Of a stretch of DNA of 64,000 bases, positions 28,989 to 39,035 are shown one piece after another. Positions within the stretch are counted from its first letter, which is position 1, and the number at the start of each line of letters is the position of its first letter. Source of the stretch: an uncultured Fibrobacterota bacterium (GTDB lineage: Bacteria; Fibrobacterota; Chitinivibrionia; Chitinivibrionales; FEN-1185); the NCBI GenBank assembly GCA_963729895.1, contig CAVSQB010000002.1:32001-96000 (forward strand). Direction: 5' to 3'. The translations under genes and the position numbers were made by a program. The notes under the pieces were generated by a model that saw only the letters and a program-made list of their open reading frames with translations, did not search any database and was not told where the DNA came from.

Positions 28989-30440
28989 TCACGATGCAAC
29001 CATCCATGCGATGAAGTCGAACAAAGGGCCGGGATAGATGCCGCAACAAACAAGCAAAACGCCTGCCGTTCCCAGCACAACCAGTCCCGCCGCGGAAAGC
29101 GGACGGCCGATGCCTGTCACGTTCCCAGGGTTCGGATCTTTCGGATTCGCTGAAGCCGGCTGCCGGAACATGACCGATACCACGCGAAGATAGTAGAAGA
29201 GACCGATGGCGCTCGACACGGCAAGGCTCAGCGTGAGCGGCCATACGCGGCCCTGCACGCTCGCCGACAACACGTAAAACTTGCCGATAAAACCCACGGT
29301 AAAGGGAATCCCTGCCAGAGACATGAGCGCAATGGTGAAGAACAGCGTTACGAGCGGCCGCCGAAAGGCGAGCCCGCGATAATCGGCGAGCGCGTCGGAC
29401 TCCTTGCCGTGCGAGAGGAGCGACACAACGGCGAGCGCGCAGAGCACGGTGATCGCATAGGCAGTCACATAGTATGTTGCCGCCACGACTCCCAGGCCGG
29501 TGCCGCATAAGAACGCGACCAGCACATACCCCATGTGCGCTATTGACGAATACGCAATGAGACGCTTGACGTTCTCCTGGCGAAGCGCGAGCAGGTTTCC
29601 CGCAAACATCGACGCGATGGCCAGGGCCCACAGGGCGGCGCTCACGGCACCGCTCCCGCGCGCCGAAAACGGCGCGAAGAACCGCATGAGCAAGGCTACC
29701 ACCGCGGCCTTGGACACCGTGGCCACAAATGCGGTGGCTGGAGCGGGCGCTCCCTGGTATACGTCGGGCGTCCACAGGTGAAACGGCACGAGCGCGAGCT
29801 TGAATGCGGCGCCCGACAGTATCATGAGGAGTCCCACGGTCATAAGTAAAGAGATTCCCGGGCCGCGCCCGAGGGCGGCAATGGCGCCGAAGTCCATTGC
29901 GCCCGAGTCGGCATAGACCAGCGCCATGCCGAACACGAGAAACGCGCTCGCCACGGTGGAAGGAACCAGGTACTTTATTCCCGCTTCGATGCTTGCGGGC
30001 GAAGACCTGGCATAGGCCACGAGCGGGTACAAAGCCGCGCCCTGCAATTCGAACCCGAGGAACAGGGACGCGAAGTGTGAACTCGAGGCGATTACCATTG
30101 CGCCAAGCGTCGACAACAGCAGAAACAGGCAGAATTCCGCCGGGCCCTGTTCCCTGCGCGCGAAGTAGCCGATGGAAAGCAATGCAACGCCGAGCGAGCA
30201 TGCCAGAATCAGCCCCGTAAAATACAGCGAATACCCGTTTATCAACAAGAGCGGCGTCACCGCAGCCGGCGGGCGGCCGGCAAGCGCGCCGGTTGCCGCC
30301 AGTGCGGCGGCCAGGCCCGCCACGGTAAACGAAAACGCGGGCAGGCGGGTTTTCCACAGCGTGGCGGCAAGCATGACGGCAAGCGACGCCGCACCCACTG
30401 CAATAAACGGCGACAGGAGCGTGAGATGTTCTGCGGTCAT
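28989..30440 (-). CDS. nuoN: NADH-quinone oxidoreductase subunit N
   Basis: EAGIKY, FKLALVPFHLWTPDVYQGAP, KRLIAYSSIAH. Confidence 0.95.
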   Translation of the reverse strand: MTAEHLTLLSPFIAVGAASLAVMLAATLWKTRLPAFSFTVAGLAAALAATGALAGRPPAAVTPLLLINGYSLYFTGLILACSLGVALLSIGYFARREQGPAEFCLFLLLSTLGAMVIASSSHFASLFLGFELQGAALYPLVAYARSSPASIEAGIKYLVPSTVASAFLVFGMALVYADSGAMDFGAIAALGRGPGISLLMTVGLLMILSGAAFKLALVPFHLWTPDVYQGAPAPATAFVATVSKAAVVALLMRFFAPFSARGSGAVSAALWALAIASMFAGNLLALRQENVKRLIAYSSIAHMGYVLVAFLCGTGLGVVAATYYVTAYAITVLCALAVVSLLSHGKESDALADYRGLAFRRPLVTLFFTIALMSLAGIPFTVGFIGKFYVLSASVQGRVWPLTLSLAVSSAIGLFYYLRVVSVMFRQPASANPKDPNPGNVTGIGRPLSAAGLVVLGTAGVLLVCCGIYPGPLFDFIAWMVAS

Positions 30441-31954
30441 TGCATAAACCTCGCTAGCCTTTCCATGGAGCCCTTGCCGGCAGGCCGCGCGTCGAGCGCA
30501 CTCTGGCGAAGCGCGGTGACGCTGGGGGCGCTTGTGTCAAGAAAGGGCCCGGGATACAAACCGAGCCACACGATGAGGACCGCCATAATGGCCAGCGCCG
30601 CAAGCTCGCGGCCCTTGCAGTCGGCGATGTGCGGCCGGGGCAAAGCCTCGCCCATAAAAATCCTCTGCACCATCCACAACGAATAGACAACTGCGAAAAC
30701 CGTGCCTGCAATCGGAATAACGGCAAGTGCTATGGACAACCTGAAGGTGTCGAGCAGGATAAGGACTTCCCCGACGAACGTCCCCAGCCCGGGCAGGCCC
30801 ATGAGCGCAAGGGCGAACACGACGGTGAACCCGCCGAGCCTCGGCGCCGAGTGCCATAATCCGCCGTAGTGCGCAAGGTCCCGGCTTCCGGTCCGTTTTT
30901 CAAGCGCCGCCGCAATCATGAAAAGCGCGACCACCGTGATGCCGTGGCTTATCATCTGGAGCACAACGCCCTGCAGCGACAATTGTCCCCACACGTAAAT
31001 GCCGAGCACCACGAACCCCATATGGCTCACGCTCGTGTAGGCGATAAGGCGCTTCAGGTCGGTTTGGCCCAGCGCCATGAGTGCTCCATACACGATTGCG
31101 GCGGCGCCCAGAATCATTGCGGCTAGTGAAAACGAACTTGACGCATGGGGAAACAGCGGAAGGCAGAACCTGATGAGTCCGTAGGCGCCGGTCTTGGCCA
31201 TCACGCCGGCAAGCAGGATGCTGCCCGCGAGAGGCGCCTCCCCATAGGCGTCGGGCAGCCATCCGTGGAGCGGGAACACCCCGAGCTTTACCGCAAAGGC
31301 AAGGAAAAACCCGAGCATGAGCCAGGCGCCGGCGCGATGCGACAACGCGGTATGCAAGAGCGCCGTGTAATCGAAGGTGTAGATTCCCGTTGAAGCACCG
31401 TGGATAAAATAGAGCGCCACGATGGCGATGAGGAGAAACAGGCTGCTTGCCTGCGTGAAAACGAAAAACTTGACAGCCGCCCGTACCCGGTTCTCCCCGC
31501 CCCACCCGGCAATAAGAAAGTACATGGGCACGAGCATGAGCTCCCATGCAGTGTAAAACAGAAACAGGTCGAGCGCCATGAACACGGCCACCGTTGCCGA
31601 GATTGCCCACATCAGGTTGAAATGGAAGAACCCCCGCCGGTCGCGCGGCTCGCTTGACGGAATAACCATCGACATGACGCCGAGGAACAGGGTGAGCAGC
31701 ACCAGCAGCAGGCCCAGGCCGTCCAGGCCAAGGTGGACCGAAATCCCCATGCGCGGTATCCACGGCCATTGCACCTGCGCAAGCCACGCGCCAGATTGCG
31801 CATTTCCCCGCACCCATACCCGGATTCCGAGGCACAGGTCAAGCGCCAGCGCCGCGAGCGATACCACGTGTGGGGCGCGGGCGTGCACGCGCGCCGCCGC
31901 CCAGGCAAGCAGCCCGCCCAGCAGCGGGATGCAGATAAGCAACGCAAGCATCAT
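30437..31954 (-). CDS. nuoM: NADH-quinone oxidoreductase subunit M
   Basis: WELMLVPMY, PLHGWLPDA, DLKRLIAYTSVSHMG. Confidence 0.95.
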   Translation of the reverse strand: MMLALLICIPLLGGLLAWAAARVHARAPHVVSLAALALDLCLGIRVWVRGNAQSGAWLAQVQWPWIPRMGISVHLGLDGLGLLLVLLTLFLGVMSMVIPSSEPRDRRGFFHFNLMWAISATVAVFMALDLFLFYTAWELMLVPMYFLIAGWGGENRVRAAVKFFVFTQASSLFLLIAIVALYFIHGASTGIYTFDYTALLHTALSHRAGAWLMLGFFLAFAVKLGVFPLHGWLPDAYGEAPLAGSILLAGVMAKTGAYGLIRFCLPLFPHASSSFSLAAMILGAAAIVYGALMALGQTDLKRLIAYTSVSHMGFVVLGIYVWGQLSLQGVVLQMISHGITVVALFMIAAALEKRTGSRDLAHYGGLWHSAPRLGGFTVVFALALMGLPGLGTFVGEVLILLDTFRLSIALAVIPIAGTVFAVVYSLWMVQRIFMGEALPRPHIADCKGRELAALAIMAVLIVWLGLYPGPFLDTSAPSVTALRQSALDARPAGKGSMERLARFMQ

Positions 31955-33837
31955 AGCAGCACCCCGATCCCGATGAGTATCACCGCACCGATGCCTACGC
32001 CGGCCGCGTACCAGCGCACCCTGCCGGTCTGGGTCATGCTCAAAAGGTAATGCAGCGCCTCCGCCACGCGGCTCACGGCCCCAACGTAGGCGATGCTGAC
32101 ATCATTCCTGTTGATGCGCGACAGATATGCCACCGGTTTAACAAAACAGAATTCATACACTGCGTCGAACCCGAAGCCCGCCCGGGCAAATTGATGGACC
32201 GCCGCAAGCGCGGCAAACTTCTCGTACCCGTGCAAAACCTTCGGCCGGTGCACGTACAGGGTCCACGCAACCATGATCCCCACAACCGGGACCATCGCGG
32301 CGACGAGCGACAGCGCAGCTTGCCGGCGGCCGAATTGTTCCGTAAGATGCGGCAGCGCCGGGACGAGGAAGTTTGCAAACAGCGACACGCTGCCGAGCCC
32401 GCGGGGCGTCTGGCAGAATCCCGCGAGCACCGAAAACAGCGCCAGAGCCGCAAGAGCAAACCCCATGGTTTTGCCCGGCCCTTTGGAACAATGCGTTCGC
32501 GCTTCGCCGAAGAACACTGCAAACAGCATGCGAAACGCATAGAGCGTTGTAATGAACGCGCCTGCCACGCCTGCCAGCCACAGCCACAGCGGGCCGTATG
32601 CGGCCGAGAGCGCCGACGACAGGATCAGGTCTTTGCTGTAAAACCCGGCCGTCACCAGGGGCAGGGCGCACAGCGAACATACCCCGATTGTAAAGGCCCA
32701 GAACGTGCCGGGCAATGCGTGACGCATGCCGCCCATCTTGAAGATATCGTGTTCCTGGTTAAGGCCGCGGATAACCACGCCGGCGCCCAGGAACAAAAGC
32801 GATTTAAAAAACGCGTGCACCATGAAATGAAATATGGCCGCCGAAAATGCGCCAACGCCCAAAGCGAGGAACATGTAGCCGATCTGGCTCATCGTGGAAT
32901 AGGCAAGGATGCGCTTGATGTCGCGTTGCGCAAGCGCGGCAAGGCCCCCGGCAAGCACGGTGACGGCGCCCACGCACGCGACGCCGAAGAGCACCGGGGG
33001 CGCGAGCTGGAACAGCGGGTGCAGCCGCGCAATGAGGTACACGCCGGCCGTTACCATGGTGGCGGCGTGAATGAGGGCCGACACCGGCGACGGGCCCGCC
33101 ATGGCATCGGGCAGCCACACCTGCAAGGGAATCTGGGCCGATTTTGCAATGGCGCCCACAAGAAACAGCGCCGCACCGGCATTCGCCACCGCCGACCCTG
33201 CGGGCCACGATGCCGCGGCCCGCGACAGGACCTCGGGAATGGACAACGTTCCCAGCTTGTTGACAACAAGGAATATTCCCGCCAAAAGCGCCGCGTCGCC
33301 CACACGCGTGACCAAGAACGCTTTGCGCGCGGCCGCCACATTCCTGGGGACCTTGTACCAGAACCCGATGAGCAGGAAACTGCACAGGCCTACGCCTTCC
33401 CAGCCCAGATACATGCACACGAGATCGTTTGCCAGAACCAGAACCAGCATTGCACCCACAAACAGGTCCATGTAGGCGAAGAAACGTCCATACCCTTCCT
33501 CGCCCCGCATGAATTCCGACGAGTAAAGCAGGATAAGAAATGCAACCGTCAGGATCACGCATATCGAAACAAGCGAGAGCGGATCGAGGCACAGCGACAC
33601 CGTGGGGGAAAACGGCGGCACCGACATCCACGCCCAGAGCGTTTGCGTGAACTGCCGGCCCTGCGGCGGTGAAATCACAAATGACGCTCCCAGCGCCAGC
33701 GACAGCGCCGCGGATATTCCGACGGTTCCCGCGCCGACAAGCGCGACCGACCGGGAGGGCATGCGCGATCCGGCAAGCGCAAGCGCCGCGAATCCGGCGA
33801 GCGGCAAGGCTATCACGATCCACAGGCAGTTGAGCAT
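31951..33837 (-). CDS. nuoL: NADH-quinone oxidoreductase subunit L
   Basis: GWEGVGLCS, KSAQIPLQVWLPDAMAGPSPVSALIHAATMV. Confidence 0.95.
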   Translation of the reverse strand: MLNCLWIVIALPLAGFAALALAGSRMPSRSVALVGAGTVGISAALSLALGASFVISPPQGRQFTQTLWAWMSVPPFSPTVSLCLDPLSLVSICVILTVAFLILLYSSEFMRGEEGYGRFFAYMDLFVGAMLVLVLANDLVCMYLGWEGVGLCSFLLIGFWYKVPRNVAAARKAFLVTRVGDAALLAGIFLVVNKLGTLSIPEVLSRAAASWPAGSAVANAGAALFLVGAIAKSAQIPLQVWLPDAMAGPSPVSALIHAATMVTAGVYLIARLHPLFQLAPPVLFGVACVGAVTVLAGGLAALAQRDIKRILAYSTMSQIGYMFLALGVGAFSAAIFHFMVHAFFKSLLFLGAGVVIRGLNQEHDIFKMGGMRHALPGTFWAFTIGVCSLCALPLVTAGFYSKDLILSSALSAAYGPLWLWLAGVAGAFITTLYAFRMLFAVFFGEARTHCSKGPGKTMGFALAALALFSVLAGFCQTPRGLGSVSLFANFLVPALPHLTEQFGRRQAALSLVAAMVPVVGIMVAWTLYVHRPKVLHGYEKFAALAAVHQFARAGFGFDAVYEFCFVKPVAYLSRINRNDVSIAYVGAVSRVAEALHYLLSMTQTGRVRWYAAGVGIGAVILIGIGVLL

Positions 33838-33838
33838 G

Positions 33839-34147
33839 TTATCCCTTCATCGACCCGGCCGCATCGATGTCGAGCGATTTTGCCAGGCGGCTCTGGCGAA
33901 GCACGAGCGCGAGCCCTATGGAAACCTCGACTGCCGCAGCCGCAAGGATAAACAGGAACATGATCTGGCCGTCGGGCGCGAGCCAGCGCGACCCTGCGGC
34001 GACAAACGCGAGTCCGGCGGCATTGAGCATGATTTCCGCGGACAGGAGCACCAGTATCATATTGCGGCGGGTTATCACACCCGAAAGCCCTACGGCAAAC
34101 AGCACTCCAGAAAGCAGCAGTGCATGACTAAGCGGGACCGTCGTCAT
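33839..34147 (-). CDS. nuoK: NADH-quinone oxidoreductase subunit K
   Basis: RRNM...EIMLNA...GQ...AAAVE..IGLA. Confidence 0.93.
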   Translation of the reverse strand: MTTVPLSHALLLSGVLFAVGLSGVITRRNMILVLLSAEIMLNAAGLAFVAAGSRWLAPDGQIMFLFILAAAAVEVSIGLALVLRQSRLAKSLDIDAAGSMKG

Positions 34148-34661
34148 CGGAGGCTCCTTTCGTATTCAGGGACGCGCCGGACCGCTTTCCCAGATAATAG
34201 GCGCCTACAAGCCCGGCCAGAAGCAGCATGGAGGCAAGCTCCACGCCCAGAAGGTAGGTGCCGAACAAGGTGAGGCCCACCTGCGCAGGCGGCACCGGAA
34301 GGTTTCCGGTTTGCGCCCTGCTGACGGAGAAAGTCCAGGCGAGCTCGGCCAGCAGAACAAGGGACAACAGGCCCGACCCTATCCACACGATGCGCGGCTG
34401 CCACTGCCGTTCTCTTTGCACGGCGTGCGCGCCCAGGTTGAGAAGCATGATGGCAAACATGAACAGCACCATGATGGCGCCCGCATAGGTGATGACCTCG
34501 AGCGCGGCAATGAACGGCGCTCCCAGCGTGTAGAATACCAGCGAAACGGACACGAACGACACCACGAGAAACAGGATGGCGTGGATGGCGTGGCTGCGCG
34601 AAACCGCGGCAATGCTTGACACAATCGCAATCGCCGCGGCAACGTAGAAGAGGATGTTCAT
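34128..34661 (-). CDS. nuoJ: NADH-quinone oxidoreductase subunit J
   Basis: LEVITYAGAIMVLF, ELASMLLLAGLVGA. Confidence 0.93.
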   Translation of the reverse strand: MNILFYVAAAIAIVSSIAAVSRSHAIHAILFLVVSFVSVSLVFYTLGAPFIAALEVITYAGAIMVLFMFAIMLLNLGAHAVQRERQWQPRIVWIGSGLLSLVLLAELAWTFSVSRAQTGNLPVPPAQVGLTLFGTYLLGVELASMLLLAGLVGAYYLGKRSGASLNTKGASDDDGPA

Positions 34662-34700
34662 GGACGGTGCCCATTTCTATTATTGAACCAAAAGACATCA

Positions 34701-34781
34701 CCACGGAGACACAGAGAGCACGGAGAAAAGAGTGCCGAGGGAACTCTTTTCGCTTTCTCTGTGTCCCTCGTGTCTCCGTGG
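34701..34781. repeat. REP-like inverted repeat between nuoI and nuoJ
   Basis: CCACGGAGACACAGAGAGCACGGAGAAA ... TTTCTCTGTGTCCCTCGTGTCTCCGTGG imperfect long stem. Confidence 0.7.
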
Positions 34782-34822
34782 CAAACTTCATTTATTCCTT
34801 ATTGCGGCGAACGAATCCTCGG

Positions 34823-35338
34823 TCAATCCGCCAGGCCGCGCACATCAATCGGCGGCTGCTCGTTTTCCCCTTCTCCCTTGCCTTTGCCGCCGATGCTCAC
34901 GCCCGCAACCCGGTAAAAATTATACCCGTGGTATTTTCCCTGGCCGCTTATGAGCAGGTCTTCCTTCTCGTATACAAGGTTTTGCCGGTTGTATTCGCTC
35001 ATTTCGTAATCGGGCGTGAGCTGGATGGCATACGTGGGACACGCCTCCTCGCAATAGCCGCAGAAGATGCAGCGCGAAAAATTTATCCTGAAGAATTCCG
35101 GGTACCGCCTGCCTGTTTCGTCTTCCCCACATTGCAGTGCGATGCACGAGACCGGGCAGGCCGCAGAGCACAAATAACAGCCTACGCAACGCTCTTTTCC
35201 GTCCGGGTCGCGCGTGAGCACTATCCGGCCGCGCCACCGCGGTGCACAATACGCCTTGTTCTCGGGATACTCGATGGTGGCCCGTTTCTTGAACGCATGC
35301 AAGAATACGGCCCACAGCGCCTTGACTAATGCAATCAT
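34823..35338 (-). CDS. nuoI: NADH-quinone oxidoreductase subunit I
   Basis: [13 protein letters not shown] and [13 protein letters not shown]. Confidence 0.95.
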   Translation of the reverse strand: MIALVKALWAVFLHAFKKRATIEYPENKAYCAPRWRGRIVLTRDPDGKERCVGCYLCSAACPVSCIALQCGEDETGRRYPEFFRINFSRCIFCGYCEEACPTYAIQLTPDYEMSEYNRQNLVYEKEDLLISGQGKYHGYNFYRVAGVSIGGKGKGEGENEQPPIDVRGLAD

Positions 35339-36294
35339 CGTCCTCCCCGCGCCAGCACCACGGCGGCGGTGACAAGTAGATTTACAAGCGACAGCGGCAG
35401 CAGCACTTTCCACCCGAACGACATAAGCTGGTCGTAGCGGGGACGCATGAGGGTTGCGCGGCACAACACGAAGAAGCACACAAAGAACACGGTCTTGATG
35501 CAAAACCACACCACGCCGGGCAGCCACGGGCCAAGCCATCCGCCGAAGAACAGGACCGTAATGAGCGACGACACCAGCACGATGCCCACGTATTCTCCCA
35601 CGTAAAACATGCCGAACTTCATACCCGAGTATTCGGTGTGGTAACCGGCGACAAGCTCGTTTTCGGTTTCCGGAAGGTCAAGCGGCAACCGCCTGGTCTC
35701 CGCGAACCCTGCAATAAGAAAGATCGCCAGTCCCGCCGCCTGCGGTACGCAGAACCACAGGGCACGCTGCGCCAGCACGATTTCGCGTAAGTTAAACGAC
35801 CCGGCGCACATCACCACGCCCATGAGCGACAATCCCATAAAGACCTCGTACCCGAACATCTGGCCCGCAGCCCGCAGCGCGCCGAGAAGCGGGTACTTGC
35901 TGTTGGACGACCATCCCGCCATCACAACACTGTACACCCCCATGGCCGACATGGCGAGAAAGAAGAGCAGTCCCACGTTGAGATCGGCCACTACGATGCC
36001 CGGGCCGAAACAGATCACGGCGAACGAAAGCAGCGTGGTCGTCATGATGATCATGGGCGCAAGCACGAAAATTGCCTTGTCGGCAAAGGGCGGGACCCAA
36101 TCTTCCTTTGTCAATATTTTGATGACATCGGCCGCAACCTGGGCCAGGCCAAGCGGCCCCACGCGGTTGGGGCCCAGGCGGTCTTGCCATAACGCAAGCA
36201 GCCTGCGCTCGCCCCATATCAATAGCGATGCGGCGGTAAGGACCGCACCAAGCACTCCGGCGATTGTGCACACCGTCACAAGCGCGTCACTCAT
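35335..36294 (-). CDS. nuoH: NADH-quinone oxidoreductase subunit H
   Basis: [35 protein letters not shown]. Confidence 0.95.
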   Translation of the reverse strand: MSDALVTVCTIAGVLGAVLTAASLLIWGERRLLALWQDRLGPNRVGPLGLAQVAADVIKILTKEDWVPPFADKAIFVLAPMIIMTTTLLSFAVICFGPGIVVADLNVGLLFFLAMSAMGVYSVVMAGWSSNSKYPLLGALRAAGQMFGYEVFMGLSLMGVVMCAGSFNLREIVLAQRALWFCVPQAAGLAIFLIAGFAETRRLPLDLPETENELVAGYHTEYSGMKFGMFYVGEYVGIVLVSSLITVLFFGGWLGPWLPGVVWFCIKTVFFVCFFVLCRATLMRPRYDQLMSFGWKVLLPLSLVNLLVTAAVVLARGGR

Positions 36295-38975
36295 TGCGCC
36301 TCCGCCTTGCGAACCCGCAACCATTGGGGCAGGTCCACGCCTCGGGTTTCGGGCCGACCCGCCGACATGGCCGCACTTCCCTGCGTTACCCACGGCCTGA
36401 TGACCGCGACGCACCTGCACGATACAGCGCCGCCGGCCGCTTCCACCACGTCGTTTTCCCCAATGGAAAGTTTTGCCGCATCGGCCGGGTTGAGCGCAAT
36501 GAGCGCAGGACGCGCAAGGCCGGCGACGGGGGGCGACAGCATGCTGAGCTCTTCCGATCCGAAGATGTGATGCATCGGCACAACCAGCCATTCGGCCTGG
36601 CGGGGTTCAAATACCTCGGCGGCGGCACTATGGTAGCGTTCCTCTGCGCCGGGTCCTTTGACAAACGACCCTCTTCGTACAGTCTTATACTTGAAGGCGG
36701 CCTGGACCGAATTGATTCCGGGCGACCAATATCTCGCAACCAGCGATTCCTCGTGGGGCGCCTGAATTCCTTCGTGCGAGAACGACAAAGCGGAATCAGG
36801 ATCGGCGGGATTCGGCTGTTCGGCAACAGACTCGTGCGCATGCACCGCGGCGCGTCCGCTTGCGCGAAAACTCTGGCGCGCAATTCTTTGTCCCTTCTCC
36901 AGAAACGAGGCATCGGGCGCCGCCGCGCGCATGCCGGCAAGGTCCGGTATTCGACGCGCCGCATCGTTTATGACATCGTCGAGCGTCGCCCAACCTCGCG
37001 CTTCGGGCCGCGCAACCGCCAGGATGTCGCGAACCCACCGGTAACCCGGGGCGATGCCGCCCTTGGGCGCAAGCGCGCCGAAGAAACGCTGAAACCTTCC
37101 CTCGTTGTTGACAAGCGTGCCGGTCGCCTCCGCGAACGTGGCGGCGGGAAGCACGATATCGGCCTTCTGCGCTGTAGCCGTAAGCGTGTGGTCGATAACG
37201 ATCACGCCGCCCGGCCGTGCGAGCAGCGCGTCGGCCAGCGCCCGATCGCACCGCCGGTACAAATCGGCTTCCAGCACGATGAGGGGCCCCGCGTTCTCCC
37301 GTTTTGCGAGTTTGAGCGCGGCAGCCGCATGGCCCCCCGCCAGCAACGAACAGCCGAAGCTGTTGCATTCGGAAAGCGCCATGCAAAGCCGGGCGGTTTT
37401 GTTTACTTTGTGTAATGCGGAGGCAACGTTGGCGGCGGCCCGGACAACGGACACGCTGCCGCTTCCCGCGCCCGACACCACCGCCGGGTTGGCAGCGTGT
37501 GCAAGGTCCCGGGCGATTTTTTGAGCCAGCTCCTCCATCTCGGGCGAAAGTCCCTGGGGCGCAGGAGCGCTGCCGTCGAGCGCGTGGGCGACGGCAAACC
37601 CGAGCCGGGCGATATCCCCGGGCGGCGCGCACAACACCGTCGTCGCAATGTCGTCAAGTTTGGTTGGAGCCGGCGTGGCAGTAATGATGACCGGCCGGAC
37701 GTCAGCGCCCGCTTCGCGCAATGCGGAATCGTTCCACGATTCAATGCCGAGAGCATTTGCGTGCGTCAAGGCCGCGTTGCGGCCGGCCCGGCGTACAGCG
37801 AGCGCAAGCAGGGGTGCGGTGTTGGTAAGATCTTCTCCCAGAATAAGGACCGCCCCCGCCTGCGCCACGTCGAGAAGCGACGCCCTGCGCGCGGGAGTGC
37901 CCCTGAGGGCCTGCACGATTTCGGAGGTCAGCAGGCGGTCCGGTTCCGATTCGGCCATAAAGAACCGCTCCGGCCCCACCAGCTCGCGCAAGGCAAAATT
38001 CGATTCGAGCGAGGCGCGGCCCGATCCGATGCCGACGGCGCCCCCCAAGGAGACAAGCTCGGCGGCCTGCCTGATGGCGGCTGCGCGGTCCACCGGTTCA
38101 AGCGTCTGGTTCCTTCCCTTTCTGGCAAGCGGCATGCGTACGCGGAGAGGCCCGTTGACGAATTCGTATCCGAACCGTCCGCGGTCGCACAGGAAGTACC
38201 CGTTGACGTCCTCGTTGTATCGGTTGAGAATGCGCCGCAGCACGCCCGACCGCTCGCCCGCAAAGGTGTTGCAGCCGAGGCTGCAATGCACGCACACCGA
38301 CGGCGCGGAGGCCAGGTCCCATTTGCGGGTAAAGTGGGCGCGGAATGTCTTATCTGTAAATACGCCGGTTGGACACACCTCAACCAGGTTGCCCGAAAAT
38401 TCGCTCTCCAGCACGCCGCTTTCGTGCCTGCCGAAGTATACCGAGTCGTGCCATCCGAACACCTCAAGGTCTTTGCCGCCCGCATAATCGCGGTAAAACC
38501 TCACGCACCGGTAACAGGCTATGCACCGGTTCATTTCGTGGTGCACGAACGGCCCCAGGTCCTGGTTGGCGTGCGTGCGCTTTTTGAACCGGTGCTCGCG
38601 GTAGGCGTGGCCGGTGAGCACGGTCATGTCCTGCAAATGGCATTCGCCCCCCTCGTCGCACACCGGGCAGTCGTGCGGGTGGTTGGCCATGAGGAAGGCG
38701 ATCACCTCGGCGCGGAACTCGCGTGCTTCCTTATCGTCAATTGATATGCGCATACCGTCCCGCGCCGCCGTCATGCACGACATCACGATGCTCCCCTTGC
38801 AATCGTTTTGGTCCTTGAACAATTTGACCGCGCATTGCCTGCAAGCGCCCACCGAATGCATGGCCGGGTGCCAGCAGAAGTAGGGAATGGAGAATCCGAG
38901 CTCCAGGCACGTGTGCAGGAGGTTGCGGCCTTCGGCGAATTCGTAGGGTTTGTCGTCGACGTAAAGAGTCGCCAT
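36291..38975 (-). CDS. nuoG: NADH-quinone oxidoreductase subunit G (long form)
   Basis: IPYFCWHP, GACRQC, HPHDCPVCDEGGEC, CIACYRC, CVHCSLGC (N7 site). Confidence 0.95.
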   Translation of the reverse strand: MATLYVDDKPYEFAEGRNLLHTCLELGFSIPYFCWHPAMHSVGACRQCAVKLFKDQNDCKGSIVMSCMTAARDGMRISIDDKEAREFRAEVIAFLMANHPHDCPVCDEGGECHLQDMTVLTGHAYREHRFKKRTHANQDLGPFVHHEMNRCIACYRCVRFYRDYAGGKDLEVFGWHDSVYFGRHESGVLESEFSGNLVEVCPTGVFTDKTFRAHFTRKWDLASAPSVCVHCSLGCNTFAGERSGVLRRILNRYNEDVNGYFLCDRGRFGYEFVNGPLRVRMPLARKGRNQTLEPVDRAAAIRQAAELVSLGGAVGIGSGRASLESNFALRELVGPERFFMAESEPDRLLTSEIVQALRGTPARRASLLDVAQAGAVLILGEDLTNTAPLLALAVRRAGRNAALTHANALGIESWNDSALREAGADVRPVIITATPAPTKLDDIATTVLCAPPGDIARLGFAVAHALDGSAPAPQGLSPEMEELAQKIARDLAHAANPAVVSGAGSGSVSVVRAAANVASALHKVNKTARLCMALSECNSFGCSLLAGGHAAAALKLAKRENAGPLIVLEADLYRRCDRALADALLARPGGVIVIDHTLTATAQKADIVLPAATFAEATGTLVNNEGRFQRFFGALAPKGGIAPGYRWVRDILAVARPEARGWATLDDVINDAARRIPDLAGMRAAAPDASFLEKGQRIARQSFRASGRAAVHAHESVAEQPNPADPDSALSFSHEGIQAPHEESLVARYWSPGINSVQAAFKYKTVRRGSFVKGPGAEERYHSAAAEVFEPRQAEWLVVPMHHIFGSEELSMLSPPVAGLARPALIALNPADAAKLSIGENDVVEAAGGAVSCRCVAVIRPWVTQGSAAMSAGRPETRGVDLPQWLRVRKAEAQ

Positions 38976-39035
38976 CACAATGATTCCGGTTTAGAGATGA
39001 TGCGGCCGCCAGGGGGCCGGTATATCCTCGGTTGT

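Noticed and set aside
32050..33672. Long antisense ORFs across the nuo, tkt and pnt genes
   Set aside because: Expected shadows of GC-rich coding sequence
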